From the NCBI GenBank assembly GCA_963782525.1, contig CAWAKC010000006.1, positions 79,493 through 143,492 of the forward strand: a stretch of 64,000 nt of DNA, in the 5' to 3' direction. The stretch comes from Candidatus Bathyarchaeota archaeon (GTDB lineage: Archaea; Thermoproteota; Bathyarchaeia; Bathyarchaeales; Bathycorpusculaceae). The translations under genes and the position numbers were made by a program. Below, one piece after another: positions 57,785 to 64,000 of this stretch. Under the pieces are notes generated by a model that did no database searches, had not been told where the DNA came from, and saw only the letters and a list, made by a program, of their open reading frames with translations. The stretch's first letter is position 1. The number at the start of each line of letters is the position of its first letter.

Positions 57785-58687
57785 GTGACTGAGCAACCGA
57801 AACCTGAAGCGCCAAAGCCTGAAGTGAAGGAACAGGACAAATTCAAATTCGAAATCATTTACTTAGTTCCAATTCTTGCCAGCCTCTTGTTCGGCTTAGG
57901 TTGCGCGTATTTGTTGGCGCCCCAGACCACCGGCGGCATCTCAGCCACACCCTTCACGGGAAACACGCCAAGCGCATCCATAGGCAACGCATTCTACTTC
58001 GTAATCCTTGTTGCTGTAGCCGCCACCGTCTTTTACTTTCTTATTAAACGCAAAAACCAACGTGTAATCAAAGGCATAGTTGTCTTTGCCATGACGACTG
58101 CGTCGCTACTGTTGTCCATAATCTATTTGTACGCTCTTTTCCCGCAGTTCAACGGCGTCGACTATACAGTCATAGCCACAGCCATAGCAATAACAGTCCT
58201 CTTTGACCTGGCAATTTTCAGATTCGGTAGCACTCCAAGAAACGTCGCAGTAATCGCTGTGGGCGGGGCACTTGGAATCTTCTTCGCCAAATTCATCCTA
58301 CTTCCCAGCGCAGTTTTGATTTTGGCTTTCCTGGCAATTTACGATGTAATTGCTGTTTACAAAGGTCCTGTTGGCAAAATAGCACAGTCATCAGGGCTGG
58401 ACATGCTTCAGGGCTTAAGTTTCTCCTTCAAAGACATCCAGATGGGCTTAGGAGACTTGGTCTTCTACTCCATGTTGATGGGTGTAATGTTTTTTAGTTT
58501 CCCACAAAGCCTACTGCCCACATCGCTGGCTTTAGTCGGTATTGTGGTGGGTTCCATCGTAACGTTCTTTATGCTTGAGAGAAAAGGCATCTTCCCCGGT
58601 TTGCCGTTTCCAATCTTCTTCGGATTAGCTGCTGGATTAATAGCCGCTTTGCTGCTGGGGTTGCCTTTTCCAACCGCGCTTGTTTAA
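57785..58687 (+). CDS. Presenilin-like intramembrane aspartyl protease
   Basis: YD (AIYDVIAV), GLGD, PGLP motifs; multiple TMs. Confidence 0.88.
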   Translation: MTEQPKPEAPKPEVKEQDKFKFEIIYLVPILASLLFGLGCAYLLAPQTTGGISATPFTGNTPSASIGNAFYFVILVAVAATVFYFLIKRKNQRVIKGIVVFAMTTASLLLSIIYLYALFPQFNGVDYTVIATAIAITVLFDLAIFRFGSTPRNVAVIAVGGALGIFFAKFILLPSAVLILAFLAIYDVIAVYKGPVGKIAQSSGLDMLQGLSFSFKDIQMGLGDLVFYSMLMGVMFFSFPQSLLPTSLALVGIVVGSIVTFFMLERKGIFPGLPFPIFFGLAAGLIAALLLGLPFPTALV

Positions 58688-58741
58688 TCCAATTCATAAA
58701 AGTTTAAACCATCCGCCCAGCCATAAAATGCAGGTGTCTTT

Positions 58742-59575
58742 ACGGAAAAATCGACTGTAGCAATCGTTAAAGGAGAGCGTGGGCTTGAACCCGTTTTTAA
58801 AGCATTAGATTTAATTGATTATCAATCGGCTTTGACTGGTTTTAAGAAGGTTCTCATAAAAGTCAACTTTATCACAACTATGACGTGGGATACAGGTGCA
58901 ACAACCGACCCCATCGTTGTTGAAGCCTTAATTCAGCGACTAAAGAAGTTGCCCGTCGAAATCTACGTTGTGGAATCCGACGCAACCATGACAAACGCGG
59001 ATAAAGCTTTCGAAGCCACTGGCATGGCAGAGATGTGCAAGCAATACAATGTAGAATGCCTGAATTTGCGTCATGTGAAAGACAAAGTTAAAATCCCAAT
59101 CCCCAAAGGCGAATGCCTAAAAGACATAACCGTTCCGCGAATCGTCACGGAGTCTGCAATAATCAGCGCCGCCAAAATGAAAACCCACATGGCAACCAAA
59201 GTCACTTTAGGCATGAAAAACATGTTCGGCATGCTCCCCGACAAAATGAAATTCAAGTACCACGCCAAAGGCATAAGCAAAGTCATAGTTGACATAAACA
59301 CCGTCATAAAACCCCACCTCACCGTAATCGACGGCTTCGTCGCCATGGAAGGACGCGGACCAACCGACGGTTCACCAGTAAAAATGGACCTTATACTCGC
59401 AGGCAAAGACCCAGTAGCCACCGACGCTACATGCGCCCGAATAATGGGATTAGACCCACATGAAATCAGCCACATTCGAACAGCTAACCAGAAAGGCATC
59501 GGCAAAATCGACGAAATAGAAGTTGTGGGTTCAAGTATTGAAGAGGTTAAGCGCCCATTCAAGAAGGGCTGGTAG
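58742..59575 (+). CDS. DUF362 family protein, probable ACG start
   Basis: VLIKVN, KMKTH, TLGMKNMFG, MEGRGP, DPVATD; frame open upstream to (M)EKSTVAIVKG after SD AGGTG. Confidence 0.85.
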   Translation, partial: TEKSTVAIVKGERGLEPVFKALDLIDYQSALTGFKKVLIKVNFITTMTWDTGATTDPIVVEALIQRLKKLPVEIYVVESDATMTNADKAFEATGMAEMCKQYNVECLNLRHVKDKVKIPIPKGECLKDITVPRIVTESAIISAAKMKTHMATKVTLGMKNMFGMLPDKMKFKYHAKGISKVIVDINTVIKPHLTVIDGFVAMEGRGPTDGSPVKMDLILAGKDPVATDATCARIMGLDPHEISHIRTANQKGIGKIDEIEVVGSSIEEVKRPFKKGW

Positions 59576-59736
59576 CAAATATTTCTCACTTGAATAGACC
59601 CATTTTTTTTAATCCCATCAACCGATTAGGGCAGTTGCCAGCTTAGCTTAAATGACTTTTCCCAATTCTGGAGTTAAGCGGACACAAAACAATTGCCCAA
59701 AAAATATTTAGGACTAACCGTGCAATCATTAAAGGT

Positions 59737-59937
59737 ATGTTAACTCTAAGCAAGCTTTCAAAGTATACTAAAATTGGTATCTTGCTTGCACTTATGGGTT
59801 TATTGGTTCTGGGCATTGAGGATATTCTTTTGGATGAAAGTACATTACTGACAACTCTGTATCTTCTTCCGATTGGATGCTTCTTTTCAAGCTTTGTAGC
59901 ATTCATATTTGCTGCAAAAAACACGTCAAATAATTAA
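59737..59937 (+). CDS. Small two-TM membrane protein
   Basis: 66-aa ORF with two hydrophobic helices. Confidence 0.45.
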   Translation: MLTLSKLSKYTKIGILLALMGLLVLGIEDILLDESTLLTTLYLLPIGCFFSSFVAFIFAAKNTSNN

Positions 59938-59971
59938 CGGTTGAATTGTGGTATAAAAGTTAGAAATCGCA

Positions 59972-60607
59972 TTATAGTTCCTGTTTAAAATAGTGCTCGA
60001 GCAACCTGCGTGTCCCCCGTCGCATAATCTCCGAGAGCGTTGCTGCGCTGATTCCAAGTTTTGCCGCCAACTCTGCCATGCCGACTTGTCGTGGATAATC
60101 AAAGAATCCGCTTTTCAGTGCTAACCAAAAAATCCTCTCTTGATTCTCGGTTAATACGTCGATTTGAGCCTCGAACTTGCCGACTTTGCGAACGACAACT
60201 TTGTGGCCAGTTTTTTCGAGGTCGTTGATTATGCCTCTGAAGGCTTCGTGGGTTGGAACCATGAAACTGTAGGTTATGATGTTGTCCTGCATGCTTTTGC
60301 CCGACACCAAAAAAGCGTCGTGCGCAAGAATGGTGTTGCAGACTTCGCATCCTTCGCTTTCCAGCCACACTGCCGATTTGCCTTCGACGTGTCCTTTGGC
60401 AGCGAGTTCTTTGGGAACTTTTTGTGCTTGGTCTTCGCCCATGTCCATTAGGTGGCGAACGGAGCCGCTTTTTGAGCTTCGCACGTCAACAACTTTAAGG
60501 TGCTTAAAACCCAGCGCCGCTAGTTTTCCAACCATCTTGCACTGTTTGTTTTCCACTTCAATTACTACCTGGTAAGGTTCGCGCCAAATGTCAACCAAAT
60601 CAAACAC
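59972..60607 (-). CDS. HTH_10 (bacterio-opsin activator type) transcriptional regulator
   Basis: LTENQERIFWLALKSGFFDYPRQVGMAELAAKLGIS..TLSEIMRR. Confidence 0.88.
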   Translation of the reverse strand: MFDLVDIWREPYQVVIEVENKQCKMVGKLAALGFKHLKVVDVRSSKSGSVRHLMDMGEDQAQKVPKELAAKGHVEGKSAVWLESEGCEVCNTILAHDAFLVSGKSMQDNIITYSFMVPTHEAFRGIINDLEKTGHKVVVRKVGKFEAQIDVLTENQERIFWLALKSGFFDYPRQVGMAELAAKLGISAATLSEIMRRGTRRLLEHYFKQEL

Positions 60608-60695
60608 CCTTTAATTTAGTAGAAAAAAATTGCATGTTTTAAACATATTGTTCGAAAAAATAGGAAAAAAAGGGGAAAAAGAGAAAAAATTAGGG

Positions 60696-61856
60696 TTAGA
60701 TTTTGTAGTATTTGGCGTACAGCACTATGCCGACTGCCAATATAGCAACACATGACACCGCAACTACCGCCAAATCCAGCAACACCGTTACGCTTCCAAG
60801 TGAAGACCCTCTAAGGAACACTGAAGTCAATGCGTCTGTGACGTAGTAGCTTGGAATGAATTGTCCTGCAACTTTTGCTCCGCCTGAGAGAGATGCGCCG
60901 ACGAATGTGCCTAGGAACAGTTGGGGAAGCACGAAGATGAAGGCTAATCCTGTAGCGGCGCTTGAAGTTTTTGCGATTGTTGCTGTGATTAAGCCGAAGC
61001 CCACGTTGGACACGGAGAACACCAGCACCAAGATGAACGCGAATGCGTAGGCTGGGATGCCGACGGCTGGTTTGAATCCCATGGCGTAGGTCATTGCGAA
61101 GACGAGGGCTGCTTGGATTAATGCGATGCTCATGTAGGAGATAACTTGGCTTGCCATGAATTCGGTTGGTGTTGTGGGTGAGATGCGGATGCGTTTCATC
61201 ATGCCGTTTTCGCGGTCCTGTGTGAAGGATTGTGCAACCATCATGATTAGGAATATCGAGGCGAAGGTGAACATGCCTGGCGCGATGAAGTCAAGTGCTG
61301 AGGACTGTTTCACTTCTACGAGTGATGCGGTTTGCAGTTGGATGGGGCTTGCGAGTGCCTGTTGGTTTTGGTTTAGCGTGCCGCCGAGGACCTGTTGGAA
61401 TATCGGTGGGATTGCTTGGGTTGCAACTAAGGAGCCTTTGTCGAGGTATAGTGGCACGGTGGCGTTGATCCATTGGTTAGGCTGGTTTGGTGCTGTGTTG
61501 TAGGCTGTTATGCAGTCGCCAAAGCTTTTGGGTATTAGCACGACTGCTTGGATTTTGCCCTGGCTTAAATCAGATTGAGCAGACTCGTTATCTGTATAGA
61601 CGCTTACTTTTAGCATCGTTAGGTTTGATAAGTCGTTAGTGAATATATGTGACCACTGCTGATTGGCGCCAGCGTCTAAGTTGACTACGCCGACTTGGTA
61701 GGTTGCGTTTTGGCTGCCGCCGAAACCGCCAAAGGAAGCTCCGAAAGCAAATACGAACACGATGGGGAACAGGAAAATCATGAATAGTACAGCGGGTTCG
61801 CGGATTGTTTTCTTCATTTCTTTTTTTGTCAGCGCGAGGATTCTTTGTGTGTTCAT
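60696..61856 (-). CDS. ABC-2 type exporter permease
   Basis: N-terminal TM, extracellular domain, DRENGMMKRIRISP, further TMs. Confidence 0.9.
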   Translation of the reverse strand: MNTQRILALTKKEMKKTIREPAVLFMIFLFPIVFVFAFGASFGGFGGSQNATYQVGVVNLDAGANQQWSHIFTNDLSNLTMLKVSVYTDNESAQSDLSQGKIQAVVLIPKSFGDCITAYNTAPNQPNQWINATVPLYLDKGSLVATQAIPPIFQQVLGGTLNQNQQALASPIQLQTASLVEVKQSSALDFIAPGMFTFASIFLIMMVAQSFTQDRENGMMKRIRISPTTPTEFMASQVISYMSIALIQAALVFAMTYAMGFKPAVGIPAYAFAFILVLVFSVSNVGFGLITATIAKTSSAATGLAFIFVLPQLFLGTFVGASLSGGAKVAGQFIPSYYVTDALTSVFLRGSSLGSVTVLLDLAVVAVSCVAILAVGIVLYAKYYKI

Positions 61857-62602
61857 CTAATTTCCTCCCTCATGTTTCTACCCGTGAGTTGGATGAAGAC
61901 TTCTTCGAGGTTTTTAACGTGGTTTTTAGCGATTAGGTCTTTTGGTGTGCCCAGTGCGATGAGTTTGCCATGGTCGATTATGCCAATGCGGTCGCAGAGT
62001 TCCTCCGCTTCCTCCATGTAGTGGGTGGTTAAGATGATGGTTTTGCCTCGCGTCTTCTGGTCTTTTATGAAGTCCCAAACAGCGTGGCGCGACTGCGGGT
62101 CCATAGCAACGGTGGGTTCGTCGAGAAAAGCGATTTGTGGGTCATGAATCAATGCGAGGGCTAAGCTTAATCGGCGTTTCATCCCCCCACTATATTTCGC
62201 CGTTAATCTTTTTGCGTCTTCGGTTAGCGCCATTTTTGTTAGCAGCATGGTGCTTCTTTCTTTGATGGTTTTTTTGTTCATGCCGTAGAGTTTTCCGAAG
62301 AGCTCAAGGTTTTCTTTGCCAGTTAAGTATGGGTAAATGGCTGTTTCTTGAATGCAGACGCCGATTTGCTCCTTAACTTTCTGCGTTTCCTTCATGATAT
62401 CGTAGCCCATGACTTTGGCTGAGCCGCTGGTTGGTTTGACTAGTCCACAGAGTACATTTATTGTAGTGGTTTTTCCTGCTCCGTTAGGTCCCAAAAGCCC
62501 AAAGAGTTCACCTTTATCAACTTGCAGACTGAGGTCTTCCACTGCAGTTTTATCCTCATATTTTTTGGTTAAATTTTCTATTGTAATTGCCGATTCATTC
62601 AT
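61853..62602 (-). CDS. ABC transporter ATP-binding protein (DrrA-like)
   Basis: GPNGAGKTT, YSGGMKRR, LDEPT, TTHYMEEA. Confidence 0.95.
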   Translation of the reverse strand: MNESAITIENLTKKYEDKTAVEDLSLQVDKGELFGLLGPNGAGKTTTINVLCGLVKPTSGSAKVMGYDIMKETQKVKEQIGVCIQETAIYPYLTGKENLELFGKLYGMNKKTIKERSTMLLTKMALTEDAKRLTAKYSGGMKRRLSLALALIHDPQIAFLDEPTVAMDPQSRHAVWDFIKDQKTRGKTIILTTHYMEEAEELCDRIGIIDHGKLIALGTPKDLIAKNHVKNLEEVFIQLTGRNMREEIR

Positions 62603-62788
62603 TTTAATCCCTAAGTTATAAGTGGGGTTTTAGAATTTAGTTTCATGTTTAGGTGTGGCTTAAAGAAAACGACCTTTAGAGTGGCAAAAAAAGCTTTTTT
62701 GACTAAGAGTGATTAAAGAAATGGACATCTCTTCTTTACAGATTTCAACAACTGAGAAACATGTGTGCAGTACAGACCTAAACCGGTA

Positions 62789-62827
62789 ATTGTTTATACA
62801 GATTGTTTATACAATTTGTATATACAG
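62789..62827. promoter_or_regulatory. Three tandem 13-bp quasi-palindromic repeats, putative operator array
   Basis: ATTGTTTATACAG / ATTGTTTATACAA / TTTGTATATACAG. Confidence 0.6.
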
Positions 62828-62961
62828 CCGAATTATTCTTTGGCTAATTTCGTTTTTTTCTTGCGTGGTTTGGTTTGATTGTTGCAACCGGTGTGCAGAA
62901 CGCAGTTGCAACAACAGCTTCTACCGTCGTCTGGCGTCCACAAAGTCAATTGGGTGCAGAA

Positions 62962-63861
62962 TCAGGGGATTTCATCTCGCCAATTCTTGAATATATACCC
63001 AGTATAAATCATGTTTGGAGCCACTGACCTTACTGCGGATTCCTGCTCCATGCTTTCCCGAATATCCTTCAATTCCTTAGTTGTTGGAGTCCAAACCATG
63101 AAGACATAAGTTCCTGGGATGTTCGTGAAGCTCCAGTAGAAGATGGTGTTGGGATAATGTTTCTGCAAAATCAAGTTAGCCGCATTTGGGTTGGCGTCGT
63201 CTTTTATGTTGACATGGAAGATGCTCACGATATCGTTTGCAGCGTCAGGGTACCATTCTATAGAGAACTGAATTAAATAATTGTTTATCATGCGTGTAAG
63301 TCTGCGCCGAACTGTCTTAGTCGAAACCCCTAACTCTTCAGCCACTAGAGAGGTGGCTTTTCGGGAATCATTTTGAAGGGACCGAATGATTTTGTAGTCA
63401 AGCTCGCACAGTTTATTATCTGGGTTAATTTTGGCGTTTTTTAGAAACGCAGGCACAGGCGAACCCGTTAAACACACGGTTGGTTCAGGCATCTCTGCGT
63501 TTTCTTTAACAACGCGGATCAGGGGCTCCAAATCGCCTAAGCTTTTCAGGTAAGCGCCTATGTAAAGGACGTTTCCGCCGCCTACTGCCAACCAATAAAT
63601 GGACCCCTGTTTTTCCAGCTTGGATTTCAAGTTTGAAACAGAAAAGGTCTTGGAGTTCCCAAAGATAAAGACGTGGATGGCGTTCTGAGCAAAAGCGCTC
63701 AAGCCCGCAGTGAATTTACGTATTATTCCTATGTCGATTAGGGATTGAATGCGGTTATGCACTGCCGTTACCGAGAGGTCAAGTTTCTCTGCCAGTTCAC
63801 GGTATGAGAGTCTGGAATTAGCTAGCAAAAGTTGACACAGGATCACGTCTGTTTTATCCAC
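62962..63861 (-). CDS. Tandem Lrp/AsnC-type regulator (two HTH modules)
   Basis: DKTDVILCQLLLANSRLSYRELA... and ELDYKIIRSLQNDSRKATSLVAEELGVS. Confidence 0.88.
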   Translation of the reverse strand: MDKTDVILCQLLLANSRLSYRELAEKLDLSVTAVHNRIQSLIDIGIIRKFTAGLSAFAQNAIHVFIFGNSKTFSVSNLKSKLEKQGSIYWLAVGGGNVLYIGAYLKSLGDLEPLIRVVKENAEMPEPTVCLTGSPVPAFLKNAKINPDNKLCELDYKIIRSLQNDSRKATSLVAEELGVSTKTVRRRLTRMINNYLIQFSIEWYPDAANDIVSIFHVNIKDDANPNAANLILQKHYPNTIFYWSFTNIPGTYVFMVWTPTTKELKDIRESMEQESAVRSVAPNMIYTGYIFKNWRDEIP

Positions 63862-64000
63862 AGTTCCACCGTATGCCGTTTATTACGTGTAAAGAGTTTA
63901 AAGCCTTTGAGGAAGGCAATAAAGAAATTCAAGTTGTCTCATGCAAAAAAACGCGGGAATAAGTGGCAAAGTGTTCTGAAAACAAAAATGAGGACAAATC

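Noticed and set aside
2287-62621. Numerous 60-170 aa antisense or alternate-frame ORFs in the track (e.g. 4822..5241, 23126..23626, 52083..52595, 59071..59589)
   Set aside because: They lie within well-supported genes and are shadow ORFs.
62880-62912. TGTTGCAAC...GTTGCAACA inverted repeat
   Set aside because: Most simply a hairpin downstream of the Lrp-type gene; no further evidence of function.
1-64000. CRISPR array, rRNA or intact tRNA genes
   Set aside because: No regularly spaced repeats, rRNA-like tract or cloverleaf with an intact T-loop was found by eye in the intergenic regions; heavily intron-split tRNAs could be missed.
1-64000. Stop-codon recoding (Pyl/Sec)
   Set aside because: TAG and TGA terminate full-length conserved genes normally; the interrupted ORFs involve TAA or a frameshift.

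Overview
Gene-dense archaeal chromosome segment of about 60 CDS. Gene content and style (archaeal CCA enzyme, arcTGT, split-type tRNA splicing endonuclease subunit, SmAP3-like Lsm, presenilin homologue, many TTG starts) suggest a TACK archaeon, most likely Bathyarchaeia; this is inference, as no marker rRNA is present. Housekeeping genes include nadA, nikR with a NiCoT permease, Nop2-Nip7, glnA, hisS, mtnA, cca-thpR, class II HMG-CoA reductase, glmM-glmU, tgtA, two beta-CASP nucleases, archaemetzincin and an ABC-2 exporter. An 8-gene type IV pilus locus (33.5-45.2 kb) encodes an ATPase, a TadC-like platform, five pilin-like/adhesin proteins and its own prepilin peptidase. A decaying accessory island (~20.3-27.9 kb) carries a Zn-ribbon pseudogene, an antiporter, Usp, PRC-barrel and an arCOG07300-like/wHTH/truncated PolX operon. 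Notable signals: (1) two copies of an unannotated structured non-coding element sharing an identical 20-mer in inverted orientation; (2) several genes whose conserved N-termini can only be reached from near-cognate starts (ACG/ATA/ATC); (3) three pilin-like genes lacking a cleavable class III leader; (4) clear operator palindromes (NikR-type, triple TGTWTATACA, GAGAACC-N4-GGTTCTC). No rRNA, intact tRNA or CRISPR array was seen. All family assignments are from motif recognition by eye, not database searches.
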